A stretch of 63,478 nucleotides of DNA, counting the filler, from Basidioascus undulatus (taxonomy: Eukaryota): assembly GCA_000826855.1 (NCBI GenBank). It is 13 parts of 13 records of this genome, joined end to end, with 100 filler letters (N's around TTAATTAATTAA, not from the genome) between each part and the next. Parts side by side here need not be neighbours in the genome. Positions count along the whole stretch, not along the records: positions 34,293 to 39,085 come from JTLS01002068.1; positions 39,186 to 43,976 come from JTLS01002069.1; positions 44,077 to 48,854 come from JTLS01002070.1; positions 48,955 to 53,729 come from JTLS01002071.1; 9 more parts are not named here. One strand, given 5' to 3'. The translations under genes and the position numbers were made by a program. Of this stretch, positions 37,931 through 50,950 are shown piece after piece; position 1 is the first letter of the stretch, and each line of letters starts with the position of its first letter. The notes under the pieces are model-generated. The model saw nothing but the letters and a program-made list of their open reading frames with translations. It was not told the DNA's origin and searched no databases.

Positions 37931-39185
37931 ACTTGTCGTGCTTCGATGCAGTACTCGAAGGAAGCTGAGAAGGATCCAGAGAGAGTTTATCGGGGCGAGG
38001 AGGGATTGGTCTTTGTGCCATAGGATGCTGGTTGGTGCGACGCGTCTGCGTTCCGATGATCCTCTGGAAGCGCGGCCGTCTCATGATCTGCAATGCCGCT
38101 GCAAGAGGTTCGGATGGACTGCAAGCCTGCATCGACTTCCCAACCTAATCCCACAGAACCACATCGTCAGACAGGAATCAGAGAGTGTGGCGGTAATCCG
38201 CCGTAAGACACATAGAAACGCAGCGGCTGCAGTGTAAAATCGATTCCGCGTTCAGCGTAATGGTTTCCCCGTATACCTGATGCTGCACTGCGCACCGATG
38301 GGCGGGTCCCAGAGCGCAGCCTCGTCGAGACCCCCTTGGCCAGATAGAGATTCTGCGGTGCATAACCCTGTTGATGCGCTTGTCTAACCTTGGATCAAAC
38401 ACTATAAGCCGCTCCCCTTTTTGTACTCCATCCAGTCAATGTTGATCAAAGCTCAGTATTAAGAACCCGCAGATTTTCCAGCCGATCCGCACCGTGCCCA
38501 ATCGTCGCGCTGCAATCGAAAGGTACTGAAAGGACTGACCAAGGCTGTCAATGTGGGAAAGAAGTAGTCCTTTACGTGTCTTTAACGCCCCTAATTTTGT
38601 TGTATCAATGCGGTCAGCATCTAAGCTATAGGGTTTTGGGCTACAGGTCGGTAATGACCAGGTCCACTTTCGCTGGTGCTACTCTTAGTAACGACAAGAC
38701 AGCCTCCCATGAGTGCTAGCCTGGTCGAGCGTCGAATGGGCACCCCAACCAACTTCATCTTGAATTATTAGAAAGGAGATTTTTTTCTGAGAGTCATACT
38801 TACTGGTGTATACAAAAGGCGGTCTGGCGACCCAAGCAGTTACAAGTCGTGAGGGAAGGCTAAGTACAGCGGAGTGCCCTTTTTGCTGAGCAGGGCAAAA
38901 GGCGCCATAGATGAAGTTCAAGTGAGGTTCAATCTTCTGCAGACTATGCGTACTTGTGAGCGAAATTTAAAAAAGATGGCAGCAAGGACGGACACACCAG
39001 AGGGCTGCCGTCTCTTCCTCCGCCTCTTCTTCCAAAAACAAGATCATTGCCAGCCTCGCACCAAGCTGCCACAGATCGGAAGAGCNNNNNNNNNNNNNNN
39101 NNNNNNNNNNNNNNNNNNNNNNNNNNNNNTTAATTAATTAANNNNNNNNNNNNNNNNNNNNNNNNNNNNNNNNNNNNNNNNNNNN

Positions 39186-39853
39186 CCCGAACCCTCCCCG
39201 CCCCAAACGCTCTGCCATGCGCCCCCACCGCACGCAGCAACGCAGGCGCTCCTTGTCCGCCTCCTTGCCAGCCCGCCCCCGCGCCCGCCGAGCGCGTCCC
39301 CGCGCGCAGACCTCTTCCTCGCGCCCGGCTCGCAGGTCAGGTGGTGTCGCTGCGCGGGGTGCATGCCGGGTTTCAGGGGGCTGGAGATGCTGCTGGAGGA
39401 GGAGGAGACGTGGGGGCCTGAGCCGGACGAGGGGGATGAGGAGGCGTCGGAGGGCGGCGGCGGTACGTCGCGAGGAAGAGGGAAGGAAGATGCGGCGATG
39501 GGAGGTTGACTGACTGATTTCTGGCGTTGGTGCGGCGGACAGATAACCCGAGATCACTGCATGATCTCGGACTGCGCGCGCTCTCAGCGCTCCCGCGGGA
39601 TCAGGCGATCAACGGGCTGGAAGCGTACAACAGGATGCGGTGAGCATGCGCCCTCCAAGGCTTACACTCTAATGTCCTGAAAACGACTGACATCGCCCTT
39701 TCGTTGGACAGCGACGAGGTGCGCGCCTTCCTGGAGCCGTTCGCGGCGCGCGGGCAGACGGTCGGGGAGGACGATGTCCGGCGGTTCTTTGAGGAGCGGA
39801 TGGAGCTGGAGCGGAGTTGGGACAGGAACTACAGTAGCTCTGGCGATCCGTGA
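39186..39853 (+). CDS. UBR7: UBR7/Mlo2-like E3 ligase, C-terminal exons
   Basis: DLFLAPGSQVRWCRCAGC...LLEEEETWGP...SLHDLGLRALSALPRDQAINGLEAYNRMR|DEVRAFLEPFAARGQTVGEDDVRRFFEE. Confidence 0.85.
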
Positions 39854-42018
39854 CGATCCATTGCGATCAGGAAGATCCCTTCATATCCGGAGTCAACAGG
39901 CCTGTGCGGTGACCGGCCACAGGCGTATTAGCGCCGAATCGGTACTGCTGCGTGCGTCGCGCATTGTGCCCTCCATGAACGCAAACGTGAGTCAATATGC
40001 CTCTCAGTAAACTGTTTTATCAATACCAGATCCCCTCTTTGCTGGTTCAACCGCCTTACAGTCTTCGGAGCATTTCCCGCAGCTGCTTTCTAAGCCAGAC
40101 CTAGAAGATGATCCCACAAGCAGCGTCCGGAACGGCATCCTACTGCGCGTGGATGTGCGCATTCTCTTCGAGAAGTGCCTGTTGTTGTTCGATCCCGATG
40201 CACGTACTAAGAATACAACTTTACTCAGCGGGATAAGCCGGCTCTGTCTTGCTGACACTCTTGAGATCATACTCGATATAAGCTTGTGGAACTTGTGCGT
40301 CTCTGTTCTCTGCCAGGGGGCATGAGGGAAGAGGCAATTAGATGCGGAAAGCTGATCCTGCTGGACGCTGCAATTTCATTTCGCAGGATCGGCGTATCGG
40401 GCGCCATACAAGCGATATTCCTGGTCTTGCTTGTGGAGGCCTGCCAGCCCACACAGCGTCTTTAGTGTCTGCCCCGCTCTTTTCAGCGCCTTGATCATCT
40501 TCATCTTTCTCTTTCCCGTGTTAACTTTGTCCCAACGGGCAGAGATGACTTTCGCTCTCACAGCCTTCTTTTAAGGCGCACTCATCGACCTGGACCGCGC
40601 GGGGGTCGACATCAACCAGTCGCGGATCTCACTTCTCGCTTGTCAAGTATTACTCCACTTATTCTCGAGGAGTTTTATTCTCCTGCCGAGCATGCTCTTA
40701 CCGCTGTTCCTTTCCCGTTGAACGGAACAAACACACTTTCTAAAATGCGTCAGGATCTCGACCTGCTCGTCCAACTCAGGACTCGCTTCTCACATTGCCG
40801 TACTCTGACTTCCGCCACCGACAGCGTCCTGCCCCTCCTAGTTCAAACAATCGTACACTTCGGTTTATGAATCAGTCCGCAGCGGGCTTCCGCACCCGGA
40901 AGTCCATGGCCGAGTCTGCAGCCGTTTCTCCGGCACATCCTCAACCCATGCGCGGACCGCCAGACTCTCCGTGCTTCCATGGAGAAGCTTCCACTACCAC
41001 TTTCTCTTCTTTTCTGAAATACTCATTCCCATCCCTCCTCCCCTAATGCCCATCGCCAACTTCGTCCCTCCGAGCCACGTAATCCCGCTGACCATCCTCC
41101 CTGCCGCCCAAGAAAGTGAAAGCCGCTGCCTTCCCCTCCACTGTCTCTTTGCAGGGACCTGGGACCTCCTCGAGCTCTCAAGTCGGAGTCTCACAAACAC
41201 CTGCCGCTGCCTTAAGACAGCATCCGAAGAAGGGGTCGGATATCTTATCTGAGGCGGTACAGGCCCCCCAGGCACAGCACACAAGAACTTGTGAAGGCGG
41301 GCGCCGAGCAGTGCGGCGGGAGCGTCATCGCCGGCTTGGATGAATGAAATGCATATCGGGATGGGATCTTTGCTTGCCGGAGTTGGAAGGCCAATGAAAA
41401 AGCAGTGTGCGGAGGAATTTTGGAGGTATTTGCAGTCTGAAAATGTGGGTGTTGGGAGATCGGAGGGAGAGAAAAGAGATAGGAAGACAAGAGACGGACA
41501 CAATAAGCTCGCCCGGCTCTGCGATCGAGCCTGGCAGGTGTTGGAACTTGCAAGTTCTCGGGAGACAGCGTGCTTTGGCCTGCCTCCGGTCTTGTCTCTT
41601 GCCCTCCCTCCACGTCCACCCCACCCACATCCACGTTTACCCCTGCGCCCTCCAATCAAGCCCGGATTCAGCTTCCCCGAGCTCTGCTTCCTCACGCACG
41701 CACACCGACATACGGCCGAGCGGGTCTGCGCAGCTCGAGAACTTCGAATCAGGAAGGCAAGGCATGGCGGTCGCTGCGACGGTGTACAGGCGGCCTTGGC
41801 TGCATGAGAGCGCGGTGAGTGTGAGAGATGCGATAGGACGGCACGGGTGAGACGAGTCGATGTTGTGGACCAGGGGGGTTGCTGGATGAGGTTGGTGTGG
41901 TCCTGGTGCCCTCAGGTCCATGTCTGGCTCCAGGGTGCCTGAATCTCCAACCCAGGAGCACTATCAACCATCCTCTCCCCTTTAAACCGGGCGCTGATAC
42001 CTCCTTCCTCCAATCTCC

Positions 42019-43976
42019 CAGCTCTCCCCAACCGAGCACCCTCTCTTCCTCCCGCTCACCTCCTCTCTCCTCCCGCCCACCGCCTCCGCCCCGCGCGTCG
42101 CTGCGTCTGCGCTGATTCCCTCCGACGCGCTCGCCTCCCTCCTCCTCACCAAGCTCAAGCTTTCCTTCTCCTCCGTCCACGCACTCCTCTCCTCCCTTTT
42201 CGGCCCGGGCTCCATCTACGCCGGGGGGCGCATGCTCGAGTCCGAGGAGGTCTATGCGGTCCTGCGCATGGTCGCGTGGTGCGAGCGCGGAAGGGACGCG
42301 GGCGACTGGGGGGAGGTGCTTTTTGAGCAGAGTAAGTGTGTGTGGGCTTGAGATGGGCGCTTTGGAACGGCTTGAGCTGACTGGCGGTGGAGCGGATAGC
42401 CCCGCCGCATTGGCTGCTCGTGCCTTCTCTCCCGCCCTCACAAGCACCCGCATCGCCCCGCCCCCGGCCTCCTCGCCGCCCTCGCAGCACCAGCTCCCCG
42501 GCCTCGGCTTCGACGGGGCGACAGTCGCGGGCGAGGCGTCCTCGCAGGCCCTGGCACACCGGCCGAACTCAGCGCTCAGCAACTTCGCGAACCAATCGCA
42601 TTCGCAGGTCGCCTCGCGATCGCAGTCCCCCGGCGCGCAGATGCCCGACGAGTCCTCCTTCGTCCCCACGCCGTCGCTGTACTCCCAGGCTTCCGAGGCG
42701 CACACCATCCCGCCCGCAGGGACGACGCCCACGCCGGCGTCCGCTCCTCCCCTGTCCGGGCCCCCCGCTCTCCCCAAGCTCAACACGTCCTTCGGAGCTG
42801 CCCCCGCGGCCGCGCCGGCGACCGACAACTTCGCAGACGCAGCAGCGATCATGAGCTACCTACACATGAGCGACATCGAGACGCCGACGACGCAGGGCAC
42901 GCGCACGACGATCTCGCCAGACAACGCGCGCTCGCCGAGCAGCCTCTACTCGTCCCACCCCTCCGTCTCCCGCAACGGCACCGGCGGCACAATGCACACG
43001 ATGGGGACTTTTGGGCAGCCGCACAAGACGGCGCCGGCGGGGTCGGACACGGACGAGAGCGAGGATGAGCGGGAGAAGCTCGACGACGAGGACAGTGTGC
43101 CCCGGGCGGTTACTGCCCCGCTGAGGGTGCGCACGCCGGGGAAGACGCCCTCGCCCCAGCCGCCGACAGAGGACTTCGCGCGCACATCTATCGCTTCGAC
43201 CTCGCCACCGCCGGTGCACAACCGGCCGCCGAGCCAGATCGGCCAGGCGCCGCAGCGGCGTCCGTCGGGCGCGCGCGCCCCGCCGAAGTCGCGCATCGCC
43301 TCGACCTCGTCCGTTACGTCCACGGGCACGCCCCTCGGTGTCCTTCCCCCCACGCCGCCGATCGAGGAAGACAACAAAAAGACTCCCGCACCCGCACCTG
43401 CGCCTGCGCCGGTGGACGACGCGCAGGACGACATCCTCGCTGCGATGCGGTACGCCGAGGGCGGAGCGAGCGAGCGCTCCGACTCGCCCGAGTACGGGCG
43501 CTCGCTGCCCAAGCAGCCCGCGCCGCTCCCGACGGCGCCCCCGCCCACGGGGTCCTTCCCGTCCTCCTTCGCCGCGAACAAGAACGCCACGGAGCGCCAA
43601 GCGAAGGCACAGGCGGAGAAGGCCGCGCGGCAGGCCGCGCTCGCTCAGCCTGGACGCGCACCGGGCGCGGGGAAAAAGGCGCGCGGTGATGCGTGGGCGA
43701 GGAGCAGCGACGAGGAGGAGGAGGAGGAGGAAGAGGAAGAGGACGATGACGATGATGACGAGTCGGACGGGGATGTTCCCGTGCATGGGCGTCCGCACCC
43801 ACCCACCTCACGCCCCAGCTCGCGCCCCGGCTCCGGCCCCAACTCGCGTCCACCCAGCGCAGGCCCATCCGCCCAGTTCCACAACCTCCCGCCTCCCCAG
43901 CAGCAGAAGCAGTACCGCCAGCTGCCGCGGCCACTGCCTGATCCGCGCGGGTCGCGTGTCCTCCCCCAGCCGCCGC
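42019..43976 (+). CDS. large Pro/Ser-rich protein, partial; C-terminal motifs resemble basidiomycete Caf120/Skg3-like proteins
   Basis: Long open frame with strong C/G third-position bias; SFPSSFAANKNATERQAKAQ...PGR...AWARSSDEEEE acidic tract. The family call is from memory and the start is unresolved. Confidence 0.6.
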
Positions 43977-44803
43977 NNNNNNNNNNNNNNNNNNNNNNNN
44001 NNNNNNNNNNNNNNNNNNNNTTAATTAATTAANNNNNNNNNNNNNNNNNNNNNNNNNNNNNNNNNNNNNNNNNNNNGGGGGCGAGGAGGTCTCCGTGGCT
44101 GGGGGGCATTAGTGGGGGACAGGGGGTTGAAGGTGTGCGAGGGCGGTTGCAGGGGAAGAGGACAAGTGGGCGAGGAGGAGTGGTGATGTGTTGGTGGGGT
44201 GGAACCGGAGCACAAAGACTCGGGTAGGATATTGGCTGCAATTCTGGTGAGTTCAAGGTAGCGCCGTGCACGCAGTTCAGCGCGCCTTCTTGTCTTCCCT
44301 CCTCGTTACTCGCGGGGCGGACGAATACCACCTTTGCGCATCCCCGTCAATAGAGAACATGAAATCGAGTGAAATCTAGCAGAACGCCTATCAGAGGGGT
44401 TGTTGTTTGCATGTGGATGAGAGCCGAAGTGAGGGAGCTTCGTGACGGTGACGGTCCCCGTTCTGTCTGTCACCATGGTAGATGATCTACAGCGAGCTTT
44501 CTTCCCGTCCTTTACAGAGCAGATGGGGAAAGACCAGAGGGCAAATTCACAATCAGTGGACTGACATCGTCAAGTAAAGCTTGCGTTGTCATGCCGCCGC
44601 CAAAGGCTACGCTGCCTCTGCCGCATTGTGCACATCATGACCATTGATTCGTGTCCTGTTCGTTCGAGCCATCGAATCCTCAGCATGGTCCCCTATCCCC
44701 GATTCCAGTCTCCTTACCCCCATCCCTGCTCAATCGCGAACCCCCCGGCCCTTCCACCGCCCTCGCCTCTCTCCCCAACATCAACAGCTCTCACATCCCT
44801 GTC

Positions 44804-45163
44804 TCAATACGTCCGAACCTTCGCATGGGTCTCATGCTTGCTGATAATCCACCACGAGTGCTGTACCCCCACCCACATCCTTAGCACTCCATCCTTCTTC
44901 TTCCTTCCTCCCTCCCCGGTCCCGTTCGAGGACTCACGAGCACGCCCGGAATCCAGCCCAGGATGGTGAGACAAATGTTGATCCAGAAGTCCGCTGCGCA
45001 GCCGCGCTTGAAGAAGACTGATACGGGGGGGAGGACCTTCGCGGGGAGGGGGCAGACTTGAGCGGGTGATGAATGCAGAAAGACGGGAGAAGGATGGTAG
45101 ACGGACGATTGCCAAGAGGTAGAGGAGGACGTCAAAGTTCGATGAGGGGGCGTTGCCGGGCAT
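44804..45163 (-). CDS. PMP3: Pmp3/UPF0057 membrane proteolipid, 3 exons
   Basis: MPGNAPSSNFDVLLYLLAI|VLPPVSVFFKRGCAADFWINICLTILGWIPGVL|HSWWIISKHETHAKVRTY*. Confidence 0.93.
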   Translation of the reverse strand: MPGNAPSSNFDVLLYLLAIVRLPSFSRLSAFITRSSLPPPREGPPPRISLLQARLRSGLLDQHLSHHPGLDSGRARESSNGTGEGGRKKKDGVLRMWVGVQHSWWIISKHETHAKVRTY

Positions 45164-46825
45164 GATTGGAAATACTGAAGCGTGATGGTGGGTGACGAGG
45201 AAGGTACAACTGCAGAGGACAAGATGAAGCAGAAATTAGGAGTAAAAGAATCACGCGGAGGCGGTGCAGCAACCTGCAAGGTGCCTGTAGGGCTTATCGG
45301 AGCTCTTATCCGCCCCAAATGACACCATTTCCGCGTGCAGTCAACGTCTTCGCTTTTCTTGTTTTTCTTGGGTCTGAGTGACTCCTACTTTCATTTCCGC
45401 ATGCCGTGGGCGGCGAGGTTGTCTCGGGAGTGGGTGTGCTATGCAATGCTCTGTGCGTTAGCTGATAGACGTGAGACTGATGCCGGGGGTTGAGGCCTCC
45501 GCAGAGCCGCGTGACTGTGAGGCGCAAGACGAGCGGGAAGTTTTGACCGTGGCTCATGGTCCTTGATCTGAGGGTTTCCTGTCTTCAAATTGTTCGTATC
45601 AAAGTGGGTGAGCCATAAACCTCCGGAGATTTCCAGCATGTTAGGCAGGCGCTGGGGCTACTGTTCAACAGCTCCGTAGAGCAACACAGCAATGAGATGC
45701 GTGAGGAGCGGTGTTGCTTTCGGATTCAGGAGTATGAAGCTTGCTTATGGGGATGTTGTAAGCGGAGATGTCGAGGGATCTGGGGAGAGGAGGTACGTTT
45801 TGTTAATTGGACCGCTGCGCTGTCTGACAGCTCCGGAGAGCAGCGCAACACTGAGGAGGCGTTGAAGAGACGCTCCGTCGAGCGGATCGGGGAAATATGT
45901 TCTTGATCTTTGGGGGTAGGTTTCAAGGGATGAGTGTAGGTGAGAGAGAGAGGGCAAAGGTAAGGTGGCGAGTTGAGCGCAAGACGGGACGCGGAGGAGG
46001 ATGAGGACTGGAATGTGCCGGCTTCTCACCTTCAAACGCGTGTTATGGCACGCCGATGGCTTCTCAAAACAACTTATGCTACAAGATAGTAAGTAGCATG
46101 GAAGAAACCCGCTGTTCTGTCTGAGAATGTGTGTTCAAAGAGCGCTGAGTAGGAACGTCGCTCTGCGAACGCCCTCCGCGACGCAGGCTCGGGGGATACC
46201 TTGTCAAACGGAAATTCTACTCCCTCGAACTTTATGAGTACCAGAGGCCTGCAGAATCAGTACAATCTTTAGCGTTGCGAGGTCACACTGCGACGATTGT
46301 TGTGAGAGGCGATGCGAGTCACCGACCCGAAGTGAGTAACGCAACTCGGTGCCACTGTACGGATGTTGACCGGACATAGACTTTATATAGCCCTCACAAA
46401 CTGACCAAGAAAATATGCCTCAGGTAAGTCCCAATATGCTGCGAAGCCAGACTGACTGCATCGCTTATTGACCGGTGGGGCAGCCACTGCTATCAACCAC
46501 GGACGGTGCAGCGCGCTGCCCTTGAGGCCGAGACGACTTGTGTAATTTGGCTGCAAATCAGTTGGGCTAGTGGTAGAGCCGTGCGGATACCAGGAATGGG
46601 TCCAGGAAGCCTCGGCGCAGCGAGTGCTCGGCTCCACCAGTGCCGTCGGTCCGTCCACGTAAGGTCACCCAGGCTGGTTTACAAAACCTGTGAATGTATC
46701 GGCCAATGCGTACGGATCACCACCAGCCAATAAATGACTGCACGGACGATGCGACGATGCTCTGCAGACTGCAGTGCTAGGCAAGCGGTCCGATCGCGTG
46801 AATCATACCCATCCTCCTCCCATCC

Positions 46826-48105
46826 TTACCACCTCCTCTTCGCTTCCTTCCTTCCGAACTGCACCACCACCGCCCGATGATCACTCACCCTCCAGCTCCA
46901 CCTTTCCTTCTCCCCTTTCCCGCCCACGCCGCCCCCCTCCAGCCAGTTCTCCCGCACCTCATACCGCTGCACCTCCCACCCCGCCCCTCTCCAAAGCACG
47001 AAATCGATCCTCTCCCTCTTGATCGTGCTGCCCAAAGCCGGTGTACGTCTCTTCCGGCCCGACAGGCTCCGACAACCACGGAGTTGTATGGCGAGCGGCG
47101 CGCGAGGGAGTGCCGCGCGTCTGCGAAGGCGACAGGCGGGGAGAGGAAAGACTGGAACGGGGGGGAGGAGGGCGGGGAGTTGAGGTCGGCCAGGATGAGG
47201 ATAAGGTCGCTCGGTGAGGGGTGGAGAAGAAGGGCGAGCTCGGTCTTGATCACGTCCACGCTTTCGACGCGCGCGCGCGGGCCGCGCTCGTCGAAGTGCG
47301 TTGCGCAGACGTGGATCTGCCCGCCCGCGGTGCGGTCTAAGAGGGTCACCACAGTCGCCAGTCGCGTTTGACCGGCATCCCAACCGATGGAGCCGGGGAT
47401 GGACGGCGTGGGGGACAGCCAGAAGTGACTAGTTTGCTCGTGCAAGAAGCGGTTCCTGGGGTCATGAAATGTGGCATGCCATCTTCGAAAGGCGAATCGG
47501 TATAGGAAACTGTAGGAAGACGCACCTCCGCCAGAAGACGGGCACGGCCTCTCCCGCCCTCATCCCACCGTCCCTCCCCACGCCCGCCGAGTCATACTCC
47601 TCCCCCAGCAGGAACCGCAGATCCTCAAGCTGGTTCCAAAACACTTCCTATCCTCCCCGAGTCAGCCTGCCTCTCTTGTCTTCCGGCAAAGGCGGGCCGC
47701 CGACGCACCTGCAGCCCGAAGACGTCCGAGTCCGAAACGAGCCGCGTGTCCCCCACGCAATGGCGCCGCTCGGACCACGGGCGCTCGCCCCACAGCGGGT
47801 CGGACGACGATGGCTCCGTAGGCGTCACGCCTGTGTAGGGGATCCGGACGGGGTGGGAGGAGCGGCCATCGAAGCGGCTGGGGAGGGAGGTTCGTAACGA
47901 TCAGTTTGAGAATCTTGTTCGAGAATGTCTGGAAGGAGAGAGTGGGAGAGTCACATGTTGAATGTCGCTATGCGCAGCTTTGAGGGGCCGGCGGGGACGA
48001 GGAGGTGCGGGAACTTGCGGACGAGGAAGAAGAAGTTACCAGGATGATGAGGATGAAGAAGAGGGAGGCGGTGGCGCGCGAGGGGCGCGGAGGTGTGGTA
48101 GACAT
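46826..48105 (-). pseudogene. endonuclease/exonuclease/phosphatase (EEP) family gene with frameshifts
   Basis: LRIATFN, WGERPWSERR, VFGLQ|EV, GVGRD..GEAVPVFW, HFWLSPTP..GWDA, THFD, ADLN, TYTGF, RIDFV, SDHRAV. The last three blocks lie in different frames with no introns between them. Confidence 0.85.
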
Positions 48106-49950
48106 TTTCGGTGAGGCTGAGGATGCCCAAAGGCGAGTGAGAGTTGATCGAAGAGCCCAAGTTGCGGTGAGGGGCGAGGACACGTCAACTTGCGATGGCT
48201 GCGCTTGGCGGCCAGCGCGAGCAGTGAAGGGGTGAGTAAGGGTGAGGTGCCCTGCGGGCGAATTCGAAAATTATTTAATGACTATTCGAGATTGTGTGCT
48301 CGAGGAGCTTTTTGGGGACTGCGAGAAGGAAGATGAGGGCAAAAGCCAACTGCCAGTGAGCCGAACGCGTCGTCTGTGTAGGTAGTTGTAGGGTACTTTC
48401 GACATGCTCCACGTTGCAGACTGTCGGACTGATCTGGAGACTTATCTCTCAAAGCTTTTGATGAGAGTAGTAAAAGGGAGAGCTGGAGCCATGACCTGCA
48501 GATTGGGCGGAGCGCAGCTCCAGTCGACGACAAGTCGTCGTAGCCGCTCTTGGTATCGCACAACATGGAGCACGACTTTGAATGCGACAATAGCCTGCTT
48601 TGGGGCCTGAAGCGTTCCCTCTGGTAATATAAAATGTTACCCCAGAATCATCCCCATAGAATCCAGCAATTTCCTGGGCGACTGCCCCGGAGGGTGTCGG
48701 TGTTGAAAGTGTCTTTGTGATTCGACGGACTACTTCCAGTTGCGGGTGGACCATCCTCATAATTTCTAGTGACGGATAATCAAAATTTGCAGGTTTGACA
48801 GTCTCACTCTTCGGCCCGCGCTCCCCGTCAAACTACACGAGCAGTAGCGAAGGTNNNNNNNNNNNNNNNNNNNNNNNNNNNNNNNNNNNNNNNNNNNNTT
48901 AATTAATTAANNNNNNNNNNNNNNNNNNNNNNNNNNNNNNNNNNNNNNNNNNNNTGAAGAGAAGTGGGACGCATGTGTTTTTTGCTTCTACTTGAATCAG
49001 ATGAGGCAGGATTTTCGTTGATGAAGCCATGATCAATCCCACCTTCTTCACCGGCCAGCTGGATGCCTTCAAACATCTTGCTGTAATGTGCAGGCATCTA
49101 TTGTACATACATTTCTTCGTCATAGCAGGGACTACTGCGTGTAGCACGCATGATATTATTGTAGGGTGTTGATTGAAGGCAGCCCGACTTTGGTCTGCGC
49201 ACACGTCGAGAATGACCGAAAGACTCAGTGCTGTCCCTGCTTTAGCAAAGTGGACGAAGACTGCTTATCAGTTAACTTTCATCCCAGCTTCCAAAGCCTG
49301 CATCCTGCATACGTTGAAGCCGATACTATTTTGCTCGGCCAGGTAGCATCAGAAGGTGACACCGTGCAGTGGAGCGCTTTTGGGAACACTTGATATTAAG
49401 TGGCATACGTTCATGCATGCGAGTTTCAAAGTCAAAGGATCAAAGTCAAAGCACTAACTATTCTGAATAGCGGAAAAGGAAGAGCGAGGAGGAGGAGAGC
49501 CGCTACTGGACTGTCTGCACACGGACTTCAGAACACTAGACTGTCGGTCTGTTCAAGATAAAACACAACGCATTTACTGTGTGCCCATGCAATTTTTTGA
49601 AGCCAGAAAAATCCCCTCAAGGGCGAGTCGGACCCGGTTGCGGAAGAAACGAGTTTGCACGGTCGTGATTGACACTGTCTTTATGCGCCCCCGATGTGGA
49701 AGATGAAGATACAAAGAGATAGTTAGGTGAAAATGTATCACAAGAGTTAGAAGGTTAGGGAGAAAGTGAGTCGTGCGCCAGCGAGTTTCGGGCTGCACGC
49801 AACGGATGACTTTTGTTGTTTGGAATGTTGCTCGGCATGCTCTCGACGACCATAACAAAGCTCGCATACTCACCTTGCCTCTGACCCCATCATTCACTTA
49901 ACGTTCACACCACTCGTTTCCTTCTTACCCCTGATCTCGCTCCAGTACCG

Positions 49951-50950
49951 ATGGCCAGCGCTGCTCAGCCATCGTCTCCCGCCTCTCGCCCGTCCGCGGT
50001 GTCTTCGCCATCGAGCGACGCCCTCTCCACCCCGCCTACACCAATTCCCTCCGGTCCAACGAACTCCACATTTTCCCCTCCCCTCTCCTCCGCCGACCCC
50101 TCCGAAGCGCCTTTGACGCCCGGCGCGCACCTCACTCTCTCGTTGACTACCCCGGATCTAGATCTCCTTCCCCGGTTCAATGCTCAGCGATCATCATCCG
50201 CGCATTCCACCCTTTCACCAACAGTCAAGCGCTCGTCGCGCGTCTCGACGCTCCCATCAGCGGGATACCGTCCAACGGTGTCGTCGTCGTCAAAGTCTTT
50301 GACCCGCGGTACTTCAGCCGCCGGTTCGACTACTCCGAAGCGCCAGCGTGGACCTCTCCGTCGAGGAGGCAGCCAAAGCGCACCGCGAGGCAGTCGCACG
50401 TGGTGAAGCCCCGGACGACTTGGAGTCGCGCTTTTTATGCTACGAGCTCGCAGATGTTCCATTGTGCGAGCCAATGGCTCTGGGCCGAGCAGCTCGCGTA
50501 CACGCGGCTTGAGGAGCTCCAGGGCGCGGGCGTACCCCTGTGCTACGCCTCTGCCACCGTCCTCTCCCTCCCCAACCGCCACATCTCCTCGCCCGCCCTC
50601 CTACTCGAGTACATCCCCTCCCTTCCCCTTCCGTCCCACCTGTCCGCCCCGCACGACCTCTCCCTCGCCGCTACCCTCCGCGCCATCTGGGCCCGCGGCA
50701 TCGCGCAGGCGGACATCCGGCGCGCGCACGTCCTCCTCTCCCAGGGACCGGCCGGAGAGCGCGTGGTGCTGCTCGACTTCGGGCTGGCCATGTTCCGCTG
50801 GGCGGAGCAGCTGTCGATCAATGGGGATTCAGATGGGTTTCCGCGCTTGCTTGGGTTTGAGGGGAGAGGTGGGTGGGGGGAGAATGCCGGATTTGAGGTG
50901 CTCGGTGTGGGGGGGCATTATAGCCGAGTGGGGGAAAAGAAAGAGGTGAG
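49951..50950 (+). pseudogene. fungal protein-kinase-like (PKL-fold) gene, degenerate
   Basis: VVVKVFDPRY, EQLAYTRLEELQGAGVPLCY, LLLEYIP, GIAQADIRRAHVLL, VVLLDFGLA; frameshift near 50185 relative to ATG 49951. Confidence 0.7.

Noticed and set aside
46560..46620. A-box-like GGGCTAGTGGTAGAGC; also B-box-like strings near 2730, 26015 and 34818
   Set aside because: No cloverleaf or partner box.
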